DNA of 64,000 nucleotides, taken from the NCBI GenBank assembly GCA_051294375.1, contig CM119266.1, forward strand, positions 21,523,176 through 21,587,175. The letters run 5' to 3'. Shown in pieces: positions 25,625 through 37,824 of the stretch. The stretch is from Paraspadella gotoi. Its lineage: Eukaryota; Animalia; Chaetognatha. Under the pieces are notes generated by a model that worked only from the letters and a program-made list of their open reading frames with translations, was not told the origin of the DNA and did no database searches. A program made the translations under genes and the position numbers. Every line of letters begins with the position of its first letter. Position 1 is the stretch's first letter.

Positions 25625-25661
<37 letters not shown>

Positions 25662-25699
25662 CTCTCTCTTCTTCTCTCTCTCACCTCTCTCTCTCTCTC

Positions 25700-27470
25700 C
25701 CTCCCTTTTTCGCGTGTCTCCGACTTTCTATTTCCCTCTCCGCTTGTACGAATCACAATCACGCCGCGGCAGTCGCAACGCAAAGCACGCAACTAGTTTC
25801 ACAAGGCAAGGAGAGTGAAAAGATTTTTTTTTCACGTCATATATTCGTTTATGGGTTTCATCGAGAAATAAAAGGCGTCATCTGTTGTGTTTTCCGCCGC
25901 GTTTAATAGCAGTCCGTTGCACGCGACGAGGAACGAACGGTCGCTGCCTTCTATCACCGATAAAAAAAATCGTTTTAAAAACAGTAACGTGCGTTTGTGT
26001 TTATTTGTGGCATGTTGCGTTATCAAAACGTTAATCGCGATTCTGATTATTAAGTATTTTTTAGAAAATATAAGCGTATGTTTGGGGTTAAAAAAAATAC
26101 TGAACCCTAGGAAGTGATATATATTTACATATAGTATATTTAAAAAAAAAAAACATTTTCGACGGCATCATCGCGTCCGTCGTCGTCGTTTCGCGGTCGG
26201 TCGTCCCCTCCGTCGTCGTCGTCGTCGTTGCCGCCGGTCATGCGTCGTCATGCAATCGTCGTCGTCATCACGAAACGCCAACAATCGCCCTCGTTTTCCC
26301 GAACCGCGATGATTAAAGAAATGAAAGAAAGAAAGAAAAAAAAACCGAGGGAACTCTCTTTCAAATTGAAAAAACCGAAAGGTGATAACTTCGCCCCCCC
26401 TTTGCGGCTTCACCCGCTTCCCCCAAAAGCGTCTACGACCGACTCCCTCACCCCACGGCCATCCCCCCCCCCGCGGCGCCAAACCGCGTCGTCGGAGCGG
26501 CCGCCTATTCCCTGCAGCCCTGGTTCCCCTCCCCCTCGAGTCGCAAAGCGCTTACCCGCCGAAAGAGAAGAAAAAAAGTTGGCAAAGGTGTGCATAATAA
26601 AAATCCTGCCCGGGGTGACCGTGTCGCACAACCGATTTGGCCGAACAGAAAAAAAGGAGAGATTTTTTTTGGGGGCGTGGGCATGGTTAACCTTTCCGCG
26701 CTTTGTGGGTCTTGGAAAGTGAAAACCGAAGAGAATGGCGACGGGGGATTGGAGGTGAGTTAGGGGGGGAAGGGTGAGGCCTTCGATCGAAGAACTGCGA
26801 CGACGGTAGGAACGGCAAGAGGACTGGGTAGTTTGGGTGCACGGTCAAGATGAGTTTGACTGAATAATCCTTTTAGGGAGGAAAACTCCGCGTTATGCAT
26901 GAGATTGGGAATGGAGGCAGGAAAGGAAAGAAAGAAAAGAAAGGAGGGGGAAGGAGTGGAGATAGAAAACCGAAAGAAAAATGGGGAAAAATATGAAAGC
27001 CGAGGTTAAGAGGTAGAGGAAAGGAGGAATGGAAATATTGTTAAGAATGACTTACGGATATGAGAAGAAGAAAAAAAAGAAAGAAGAAAGAAAGAAAAAA
27101 ACTAAGTTGGAAAAATTGAACGAAGAAGAAAGGGAAAAACTCAAGGTGGGAAAGTAAATGGATAAAGGGCGAGCGAGATAGATGAGGTCGAGGGAAAAAA
27201 GATAAGGTAAGGGAGAAAAGAAGTAGAAAAAAGGGAGAATAAAAATGAGAGCGATCCATGGGGCGACTCGCGCTCCCGCGGCCTGGACGGGATAAATGGA
27301 AGAAGAGGTCAGCTGCCACATATGGGTAGACCGAAATAAACCCTGGATACGACCGCCAAACAGAAAGAGAGGGAGAGCGAGACAGTTGGGGGGAGAGAGA
27401 GAGGGAGAGGGAAAGAAATAGAAAGACAAAGCAGAAGAAAGAGGGATTGTTCGTTTCTTGATTCTTCTCG
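25700..27470 (-). repeat. Right arm of ~1.75 kb inverted duplication
   Basis: Reverse complement of 23665-25397 with many small indels; the ~300-bp spacer contains a gap. Confidence 0.93.
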
Positions 27471-27619
27471 TCGTCGTCTCTCTCTCTCTCTCGGCGGCAA
27501 CGATGGGGGCCTCGTGGGACGGGTGAGGCGGAAAGGCGTACAGCGGCCCTTCTTTGCTGAATCGAAAGAAGAGAGAGTTATTTTTTTATATTCAAAAGAA
27601 TAGAACAAAACGGAAAGAA

Positions 27620-27727
27620 TTTGGACAGGCTTTGGGGGTTTAAGGCCTCCATCACTCTTACAAGATAATGACATCGCAGGTCCCTGCAAGCTTTCAATCA
27701 AGACTCTCTCACTGTCCCGTTTATTCA
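27620..27727 (-). mobile_element. Interspersed repeat, second partial copy
   Basis: ~108-bp near-identical match to 3685-3791, 24 kb away in the same orientation. Confidence 0.6.
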
Positions 27728-28787
27728 ATGATTTTTTATTTCATTTTCAATAGTGTAATGGGTGAAGGCATTTTAGTGTTGTTTTCTGGAAATGGAGGGA
27801 GAATCTATACAACATTTTCCTTTTTTCTATTTTTAATTTCCCTGGAATAATTTTCTTTGTTCTCCTGACTTTAACTTCCCCGACTTAACTTTGTCAGCCT
27901 CCCCTATCATCTCTCCCCCCTCCTTCCACTTTCCCTTTTCCTCGATCTGTTTTCCTTTTATTTCTTTTTCTTCTTCTATTGTCCTCCCACTTTGTCCTCC
28001 CACTTTGTCCTCCCACTTTGTCTGTCCCGCTTGGTTGAAGCCCATGATTTCTTTTTATGTCCCAATTTTTTTTCCTTTTTTTATTCTTCCATTTTTCACT
28101 GACTTTTCAAGCAAAAAAAAGAGCAAAAAGTTAGAGTCAAATTCTAGTAGAACCTAATAATAGTAATATAAATCTCGAATGAACATGATAAAATGTTTAT
28201 CATATTTGGGAAATAAAACTTTTAAGTTTTACCAAAAGGACACAAATCAAATGAAATCAAATAATCAATTTTTTTTCATTTTTTATTGAATTATGTATCT
28301 TTTTCTCCTTTATATAAGATTTTTCTCGGGCCTAATCTAAATTTTTACCAGCTTTTAATTCTTACAATCTCTCATTTTCTCACTTCCAACCCTTTAAAAT
28401 TTGTTTTATTATTCAAACATACGAGATATACACCAATTTCATGAAGACTGAATATTTTTAGTCGAATCTGCTTGTCAGCAGATTCCGACTCTATAATTCC
28501 CTTTGTCGGTATTCTGTTTAAAATGCTTCACTTTTTCGATTACGTTGAAGGCTGTAGGCATTGGCCTCCTTCCCCCTGTCGAGGAAAGATTAACCAATTG
28601 ACAAGTCAAACTGTCGATTAATTTAAATAAATAAGCCACAAGAATTAAATTTAACCTTATATATTCTGAGACAAAACAGTCAAACGAAGTAACAAACAAC
28701 TTTTAATTACTTCAAACGACCATCGACGACCTTCTTTCCTCTTACGGACGAGAGTCTCGATCGACGCCTTCAAAAAGGCGACGCCCT

Positions 28788-29680
28788 CTAGTGGTAGACG
28801 GGGTAGCATCTGGTGGACTCCCAGCCGCCAATGACCTCGAGAACCTTGAGCCAAGGCTGCGAGAGAACCTTCAGCGTGCAGACTTGATAAAAGTCCTTGG
28901 GGGGCGTCGCAGGCGGCGAGGGGCGCCTTCTTGTCGCATCGCGATTCGCGGATCTCGACTTTGAGATAATAGAGAATTTCCGAGACGATCTGAGGACAGA
29001 GAAGGAAGCGGAAGGAAACAAATTGAACATTGATCATCTTCAGAGGCTTATTTATTTTTTTAATTTGTTTTTTTTAATCTAATTGAAACTGACCTGAGCT
29101 TTAGCCTCGTGAACCTTCTCCAACAGCTGGTGATGAGGGTTGTTCATCATTCTCGTCAAATCCCTGGCCGCGGCTTGGCGGCATCTCTAACTTGCCGGTT
29201 TGTTAACGTCGACGTCGAATTTTCCTCCTGTAATGGAACTAAAATATTTTTCAAATAGTGGAGGTGTCGAACAAAATAATAACAGAACAATAATATTTTG
29301 GTCTCATTCCTTCACGAAATACTGTCAAATATACGTATATAAATTATATATGACTTTTGTTCGACACATCGATTTCTTGATTTTCTCTCGTTTATCGTCT
29401 TTTTAAAAGATACTTTGTGCGGTATATTCACACGCCTCAGTCCACATCCGTCAAGCCAAATCCATTGTCAGAGAGGAAACTCACGCTAGTGCCATCCACT
29501 AGACGTTCTCGGTTCGCCGCCTGGACGTTGTCCTATGCGGCGTACCGAGTCGAACGCAACAGTGATCCTCCATGCATCACAGAAACTGCTATTCGTACAT
29601 TGTATAATGTACATTACCACCCGAAGCATGGACGGAAGCGACGACGAGCATTGCGACGATGCCGGCGAAGATGGCTTCAT
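28788..29680 (-). CDS. Secreted type-2 cystatin (cysteine protease inhibitor), 3 exons: 29680-29618, 29227-29094, 28989-28788
   Basis: Manual splicing at GT-AG sites with correction of four single-base indels gives MKAIFAGIVAMLVVASVHASG|GGKFDVDVNKPxVRDAAKAAARDLTRMMNNPHHQLLEKVHEAKAQ|IVSEILYYLKVEIRESRCDKKAPLAACDAPKDFYQVCTLKVLSQPWLKVLEVIGGWESTRCYPVYH*. It has a signal peptide, N-terminal Gly, a QxVx(G) loop split by an intron after Q, four Cys and the PW motif, all cystatin hallmarks. The indels may be read errors or pseudogenisation. Confidence 0.88.
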
Positions 29681-29769
29681 CTCGACTGGTTTTCCGTGAG
29701 TTCCTGGGAATGAGAAAAAAGGGAAGATTCGCGCGAAGTGGTTTTGCAACGAATCGGAGAGAGCCGCGC

Positions 29770-29776
29770 TTAAATA
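29770..29776 (-). promoter_or_regulatory. TATA-like box (TATTTAA) of the cystatin gene
   Basis: Lies ~90 nt upstream of the cystatin ATG on the same strand. Confidence 0.5.
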
Positions 29777-31167
29777 GCGAGATTCATTTGAACAGCTGCC
29801 GTTCTCAGGATAGAAAGATTGTTTAAAAGGAAGCGCACAGGGAAAGAAGGCCCTCAGAAAGATAGAAAGAAACTAGAATATAATCTAAGGTTTGCAGGTT
29901 TAATAAAAAAAAATATTTAACGAGATGCTCGCAATTTCTATAAGTTGAACAAAAATTGTATTTCCCTATAATTAATAACGGTTTTCAATATTGATTGTTA
30001 TTTTATACTTTTCACCTCTTTAATTTTTATTCCCTGCATTGCCAGATGGCGTTTTTCAGATTTTGAGTGGAGGAAAACGACCAACGCCAGTAATTTGAGT
30101 TTAACTTTTTTTGTTTACATGTTAATCTTTTTTTTTATCGAGGTCGTGACCCGCCCGGTGATTCCATTGAGTAAAGCCCTCAGTCACCCTGCAGGAAGTG
30201 AGGAGGGCCGCTAAACCGCCTTGGGGCGTGGAAAACCCTCAGCCTGGTTTCAAGCCACGACCCGTTCCATTGCTTCGAGGGGGCATAGTAAGTTACGAAT
30301 AGTAGTCTTTAGCGCCTCTTAGCGCCTTAGGTAAACAAAAAAAAAACTACACTGATCACATAAATATAAACTAAAATCATCTTACATCAAAACATATAAA
30401 ACGACTAAAATGTTAAAAACTACTTCGTAAAAACTAAAAGAAAAAATCAGTATCAAATTCAAAAGAAACTTTTAAAAACGTTAAAAGCTAAAATTGTCAA
30501 AAGATTGAAACGTTAAAAAACGTTAAAAACATTAAAAATAAAAACGTCATGTATAAAAGGAAATAAATGTTGAACTATAATATGTGAAACATAACAAATA
30601 AACTTTCTAAAAGTAAACAGTGTAAAAGAAAATAGTATAAAACATATACCCAAAATTTTATAATTAAAATTTGTTACAGTAAAGGGCAGATAGATCCCAA
30701 TGCTAATAATAGAAATATAAAATGTTGGATGTTAAATTGTCAAGTATTTGTTGAGCATTCTGCTTTTAAATCTAAAGAACAACTAGGATTGGTGACCTAT
30801 GATGTGATAACAGTGGTGTTTTTTCTTTATAATTAAAAAGTATAATACAAACTAGTGAAAAACAAGTCATTGTTTGTCTTATTGATATTTTACACTTATT
30901 GAAAAAATATTTTTCAGATGTGATCAAAAAAAACCATTTTGAAATTTTGACATTATATAAGGGTAGTACTATATACAAAATAAGCTGACTGGGCTACTAT
31001 ATTTGTAAAAAAAGAAAAATAACGACTGATTAGTATTCACTAATATGATAGTTTTCAAGATCATAGAAATTGTATTTTGGGGATGAGCATCGTTTCTAAA
31101 CTATTAAGTATTTTTAAATGAATTTGATACCGATAATCGGATAATCAAATGAAAATTTAAAAAATTA

Positions 31168-31248
31168 TGCCAGTTTAAAAAATGATGAAAGTTTAAAAAA
31201 TGATGCAAGTTTAAAAATGATGCAAGCTTAAAAAATGATGCAAGTTGA
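31168..31248. repeat. ~18-bp tandem repeat (GTTTAAAAAATGATGCAA)
   Basis: 4-5 adjacent copies. Confidence 0.8.
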
Positions 31249-31594
31249 AATAATAATAAAAGTTAAAAATATTATTTGTTTGTACCATAGTAACAGTTCA
31301 GTTTAATCCCTTGCAAATATTTACATGCAAGGATCACAAATCGAAAGAATTATCGTGATTTATCATCTGATTATAAAGCTGATTACCGCTTAATTATCGA
31401 AGGCAGATCCGACATTGTTTGTTGTTTGGCTCAATTGAATGTTTAAAATATATTGCTCAATTGTACGCAAGGCCAAGGATAACGAGACCCGGCCGCAATT
31501 TCGAGACAATGATATTTCGTCTCCTATCTCTCTCTCTGCTTTTCCCTTCGCAAAAACCGATACTACGACGATTTGCCTCGCGGCTCCGACCTCA

Positions 31595-31660
31595 ATCGAC
31601 GCCATCTTGAATCGAGGTCACGTGTACGGCCGCGCTCGTGACCGCACACGTGACCGCTCT
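31595..31660. promoter_or_regulatory. Housekeeping-type promoter/start region (YY1-like CAAGATGGCG plus two CACGTG E-boxes)
   Basis: CGCCATCTTG at ~31600 overlaps the minus-strand ATG of MASIEVGAARQ…; GTCACGTG and CACGTGAC lie within 60 bp in a CpG-rich patch. Confidence 0.4.
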
Positions 31661-34019
31661 TCACTCGAATATTGATTTTCATTGCGTTGTACCGATTTCT
31701 TTGTTTCGGTTCTTCTCTTTTTCTTCTTCTCACTCTTTAATGTTGAATGTGGAATGGGCGACCATGACGACGACGAAAACGACGACGACATAAAAAACGC
31801 TCAATGATACTAAAGGATGTATCGCTACGACTATAAAGGGTAGACGACTGCGCTTAACAGCTTTGGGAATAGAAGAACTTGACCGTAGGAGAATTTTCTT
31901 CTTCCCCCGACCCAAGTCGACAGTCCTCTTTCAACCCAGGGGCGTCGGTTCACTTCGCGTCTCTCACACCTGCAATATCGCCCGAGACGCATATTTGTTT
32001 CTCCATTCACGTCCACTGAAATCGCCCTATTCATAGTTTTAATTTTTCTGTTTGTTGCGCTCGGTGTATGTTATAATTAAATATAAATTTTAGATTAAAA
32101 ACGTCTTGTCATATGAAATGTATCATGGTGAATACTTGACGCTACTTGGAAAAGTAAGGAAGAACCCACACTTTGCTATTAGAATTATATTTCCACTCAT
32201 TTAAATCTCATCGTTAAATTCTCTTCTTCCACCCTTTTCAGGCATTTTTACGAATATTTTTTTTATATTTTGGCGTTAATATTAGATGTTCAGTTAAAAA
32301 TAGTTTAGATCCACTGCGTTGTGGGACGTTGGTTTTGTTTTTTAATCATGACTAAAAACTGTTAGCGACCTAAAGAACCGCCACTGTCTCAGACTTCTTC
32401 GGCTACGCGNNNNNNNNNNNNNNNNNNNNNNNNNNNNNNNNNNNNNNNNNNNNNNNNNNNNNNNNNNNNNNNNNNNNNNNNNNNNNNNNNNNNNNNNNNN
32501 NNNNNNNNNNNNNNNNNNNNNNNNNNNNNNNNNNNNNNNNNNNNNNNNNNNNNNNNNNNNNNNNNNNNNNNNNNNNNNNNNNNNNNNNNNAGAGAGAGAG
32601 AAAGTCGGTAGGGAATGGAAGATAAAAGGATGAGAAAATTCGGTGAAAGGCCAAAAACTGAATGGATAAAAAAAAGGAGAAAGGAGGGAATAAAGAGAAG
32701 AGATAATGAAAAGGAAAAGAGACTGGGAGACGTAAAGATATGAGACTCGGGAAGATGACGAATAAAAAGGAAATGATAAACGATTCTGAATCATGAAAAC
32801 TTTTTGTGGAGGTTTTAACTGGAGAGATATCCATCGCGATAATGATAATATTGATATCAATACTACTGCCTTCACTTATACAATTGTATTTTAAAATTTG
32901 ACGAAGACAGACTGACGCTTAACAGCATTCATGCTGTTTTTAATCTAACGTATCGCCGGTGCGTGGAATTGTATTTTTTACGTAAATTTCCAAAAATCAT
33001 GGCACGCGTGAGTTACGATTTTTGTTAGCATTCGTGAATTTTCTCTTTTTTTTTTCCCTTCCTTCGCCGTAGAACAAATGAAACTTTTAAACCCAGAGTA
33101 AAGAGATTTTTTAATGGCGTCGCTGATTATGGGTCTCGATGGAGGAATAGAGGAAAGAAAGAAAAAGAAAAAAAAATGTAAAAGATAAGAAATCCTTGCG
33201 AACATTTCAACAGATTACAATATTTTTTTTTTAAAACCCTGCCATTTTGAAAGTACTCTTTCCAGCAGCGACTGTTGCAGTTGTGAGTCTTAAGCCTTCC
33301 TCTCTGTTTTCTTCGCTTATCTTTTCTCATTTTTTTTTCCCCCTTTTTTTCTTCTTCTTTCTTTTCAAATCTCGTCCGGGTGTTTCCCATCGCAGAGAGG
33401 GATAAAGCTTTCCAATTATGCCTTCAATTTTGCCCCTGAGGTTTTTCACCTTCAGCCAACGAAAGGGGAAAAAAATAAATAAAAAGATTTATTTTTGATT
33501 TGGCGAAGAGTAAACGCCAGTGTTAAGAAGCAACGAGCCTTAAGAAAGTCTTGAAGCACCGGTTTAGAAAAAGCCCTCTCTGCGCCTGGTAACCAGTGGC
33601 GATTTCTGTGTTGATTTGGATTTCGTTTTCTTGATGAAATTATTAGGGATGGTTTCAACTTCAGTATTCGAACCTTTGATCTCTGGCCGCTCGACTTTGC
33701 TGATAATTGCTCAATCGTTATTTGAGAAATCAAAGTGAAACAATTATTTTTAAATAAAGATTGGTTCAAAACAAGAATCGGATACTGTTTTAACAAACCA
33801 GGACAGTAATCGAATTTGACAGAGTTCAGCAATGAGAGCTTTTTCCCCGGTTTCCAAGCTTTGTTCGACGGGCGGATCGAATTCCGGCTGCCGGGTTCGG
33901 CGGCGTTCCGAATGGCGCCTCTTCACGGATTTTTGATATTCTGTTATCGTTATCATCTCCCTCGGGGTCTTAGGGTTCTTAGCGGCCCGCGAAATTGGTT
34001 TTGATGCTATCTCTTTCTT

Positions 34020-34050
<31 letters not shown>

Positions 34051-34244
34051 CCTCTCTCTTCTCTCTCTCTCTCTCTCTCTCTCGCTGGGAAATTCACCGT
34101 TTCCTCCCTGTTTGCTTCTTACTTTTCTTTACAATATACACACAAAAGTTGTTTTTCTAGCTCAAACGAAATTTTGGCATTTTGTGAATTGACTGACCGT
34201 TCACGATTTTGGAGAAACTTAAATAAGTTTTTTTGGGGGAAAAA

Positions 34245-34360
34245 AGTAATCACTATACATAAGCAAAAGAAATGTAATTAAAGGTGAGAATCTTAGAGTC
34301 CGACGCCTTTGCATAAGATTAATAGAATTTTGAAAAGCGATCTCCCTCAAGGGTAATCGA
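34245..34360 (+). ncRNA. Candidate spliced-leader RNA gene in the repeat unit (donor GT at 34284; also 41502, 47595, 51647)
   Basis: …TAATTAAAG|GTGAG donor, stem AATCTTA/TAAGATT, Sm-like AATTTTG (AATTTTTG in copy C), then hairpin CGAT..CCC-TCAA-GGG..ATCG. It could alternatively be a short cis-intron. Confidence 0.3.
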
Positions 34361-34546
34361 GACTGGAGTTGCAGTAAGTCTACTCCCTCATGATTTTTTC
34401 GTATCCACGGATAATCATTATATTAGAAATTTAAAATTTAAAATTTATATTTAAATCCACGGGATAATCATTATATTAAATTTTAAATTTAAAATTTAAT
34501 AAATTTAATATTAAAATTTAAGACAGTTAGAAAAATTGATAGTACT

Positions 34547-36183
34547 GATACTGCATTAGATTCTCCAATAAATTTTTTAAATTTGTCAGAACGTTTTTCT
34601 CTTTTTTTTCCCATATTTTGTTGGACACGCTAAACGTTTCTCTGATTACGCAAAATTGCACATGAAAAAAATAAAAAATATAGTACCCAATAGTTAGTGT
34701 TAGTGTCTCGAATTAGATGGAAAAAAACCTCGTTTAAAAAATTCGATCGGGAAGTGGGGTAACTAAGGCTTACCAATGGCATCCTCCACGCCAATCGTTC
34801 TCTCAAATAATTTTTTTTATTTAATACATTTGAAAGGAGAAAAAAAAGGAAAAATTTCAGAATGGCAGGTTGCAGAAAGGGTAAGATAATATGGACATCT
34901 GACGATGATAATTCATGACCTTTTATGTCTTGTGGAAAGGGGGGCAGTAAAGAAACCTAAAAAATTTCGATTCATTAAGTCAGTCAATGAACCCTTTCCA
35001 ATGGGCTATTCGCGATAATTTTTCTTAATTTAAACGGGATGATAAGTAATAGAATTAAATTCCTTGTATAAAGGTGTTTATTTAAAAGAAAATTATCAAT
35101 ACAAATAAACACAATGATTGTTCTTGTTTGCAAATACTGGTGCACCAGCTATGATAATTTTTTAAAATTTTATTATTGATAAACAAGCAGCGTTGTTCAA
35201 AGCTTTTGTTTGCAGTTGAACGATAATGGGAAATGACAATTTTTTTTTCACAGGACAAGATAGGTAGTATGTCCAGACTGTTTTATATCAATCTGAAAAT
35301 ATTTTTTGTATTTAAGCATTTTTCATATTAAAAAAGATTTTATCCGCTACTTCATAATATTTTTGGCTTGTTTTTTTACTTTAACTAAAAATACAAGCCA
35401 ATTTATAGAGTAGAGCAACAGTTTAATGTAATCAAAATGTAATTAGTCTTCCTTTTTTCAATTACGAAGAAGAAAAAATTTTAACATTGCCTTCATTGAA
35501 ATAAAGTTTTAATGCAAAAAACTGTATATACTTTTTAACTCCGATTTAAATTAAAAAAGACTGTGTATTATATGATTTATTGGATAAAATTTAAATAAAA
35601 CTATTTCAGAGACGCGTGTCCCGAATGATTAGGGCTTTAATTTAATACCTCACCCACTTTCCTACCTCTTTTCTTTTCAAAGTTATTCAAGATAAATACT
35701 TTTTTTACCGTGAGAGAACTAAGGATTTGAACTACGCAGTTAAAATCTTTGTTAAATAAAAATTTCTGCAAAGCGGGAGGTATCTCAATTTATCCTATTG
35801 GTACAATAAAACCTAAATTTAAAATAAATACTTAAAGAAAAATTTTCCGTCTCTAGAGACATGTCACTGTTCAGGTTTACCTATCGTCTTACACATTTAT
35901 GGATCTATGCTTGGAAGAATTCAGCAAACGTTCTCCTCTTTTTTTTAAATAGTTTGGTACTATGCGCCGTCAGAAATCTAAGAAGAACTCGGAAAATTTG
36001 TATCTGACAAAATTTTTGCCTTTTCAACGGCTGGCGTTTATGACTTATATCTCGGAACCACTTGTAGGAATTTAAAAAACGGTTTTTTTGGAGTGAATAT
36101 TGATATCATCTTCCAGGGGACCGGCATAAAAATATATAAAAAAATAAAGCTTATATTATTGGCTGTCGAGTGAGGTATCTTTA
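34547..36183. mobile_element. ~1.6 kb AT-rich non-coding insert, probable non-autonomous DNA transposon (also 41765-43401 and 51910-53546)
   Basis: Absent in copy C, where a plain (TACTGA)n run remains at 47841-47875. Ends are imperfectly inverted (GATACTGCATTAGATTCTCCAATAA vs reverse-complement GATACCTCACTCGACAGCCAATAA). Confidence 0.6.
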
Positions 36184-36536
36184 TACTGATACTATACTGA
36201 TACTGGACTATATCTTTTTCTTGGGCATCGTTAAATCTGAAACCGAAGACAGGAACTGTTTCATATTAAAGACAAAAGGCATCGAATCGTTGATGTCGAT
36301 GATTCGACGATTAGAGACCCCTTTGTGGTTTTTTTCTGTTGAATAAAGAAGTCAGCAAATTCTAACATTTTTGGTTGGGAATTTTCGTGGAAAACGAAAA
36401 ACTGAGAAAAGGAAACGCCGGAATCTGTTTTTGCAGAGAAGAGTTCTTCTGGAAGCGAGCTTTGGACCGCCCCGAATGAGAGGAGAGAGGGAGAGAGAGC
36501 AAGAGAGAGAGTGAAGAGAGAGAGAGAGATGAGGAG

Positions 36537-36576
<40 letters not shown>

Positions 36577-37792
36577 GTTAGAGAGAGAGAGAGAGAGAGA
36601 GATGAGAGAGCGAAGCTGACTCCCAGGGAATGACAGTTATAAAGAAAAACTTTTTTTTCTCCAGAATTTTTCTGTGTTGGAATTCTTCTATCACGGAAAA
36701 AAACCATCGCTAACGGTTCCCAGGTTTTTCTTTTTTCTTTTTTTTATTTATTTTTTTTTTTTCACTAGCGAGGAAATTGACGTGAATTCCAGTTGTCGAT
36801 GAATTTATTGATGTTTCTTCTCGAATAACAAAAAAAAAAACCTCGAACGCCAATCGTTCGTCTCGCCCTCAAAGAATTTCCATTTTCACCCGCCTTTTCA
36901 TACTCGATTTCCGTTTACATCGGGGTTTTTTTTCGTCACGTGACGTCTTCCGTGTCACCGTGTACTGATTAGTTACTTGTCACGGGAACAACACGTTTAC
37001 GGTTTCAGTTCCTCCAGCAACTGAATAGTTTTTTAGTTCTCATTTTATGAAATGCTACTCGTTTAAAGGGCACGAAAATATATTTTAACGTTTTTGTTTT
37101 CCAATTATTTTGTACAACCACTGGTTATTTACGGCAAAGCTAAGCAAAGTAAATTCTCACTTGGGCGACGCTTTCCCGCGAAAATCGGCCAAACGCATTT
37201 CCGTATTCTGAGGGTCGTCGTCACGAGGAGTCTTCGCCACCAGAGCGGCGACATTTTAACCGTGGTGAACAAACTCACTTACGAAGTTGGACACATTAAA
37301 CCTGAGCGCGCAGGTTAACGTTTCAGTTTACAAAATTTCTACTAACTACTAAAGGGTAGTCTCAATCGGAAGCTAATTTAACAAATCTTCAGGTTTCAGA
37401 TTTAGGCGCCAATATTTTTGTTAAAACCATTTTTATTTCTAGTTCAAAGGTGGAAATTTTGCATTTGATTGTTTTTTACTTGACCATTGCTCTTTGCTGA
37501 CGGAGTTTCTCGCCCCCGTTTTAAAATTCTTTGCGGCCCACCGCGCACGCAAACGCGACGAGCGGTTTCCCCGTATGGCCGAGGATTAACTGCGCCACGC
37601 CAACGCACTTTCCCTCGCCGACACAAATTCGTTGGATGGTCGCCGACTGAGAAGTAAAAAAAAAGAGAGAGGCGTCTACCTCACAAAGTTCGCTCTTCGC
37701 ATTTCGGTGTTTAAGAAGCGTTTTACATTTACAACCTCTCTCTCTCTCTTCTCTCTTCTCTCTCTCTCTCTCTCTTCTCTCTCTTCTTTCCT

Positions 37793-37824
<32 letters not shown>

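Noticed and set aside
37368-37425. GGAAGCTAAT…TTCAG|GT as another SL candidate
   Set aside because: Weak donor and not conserved in copies C and D.
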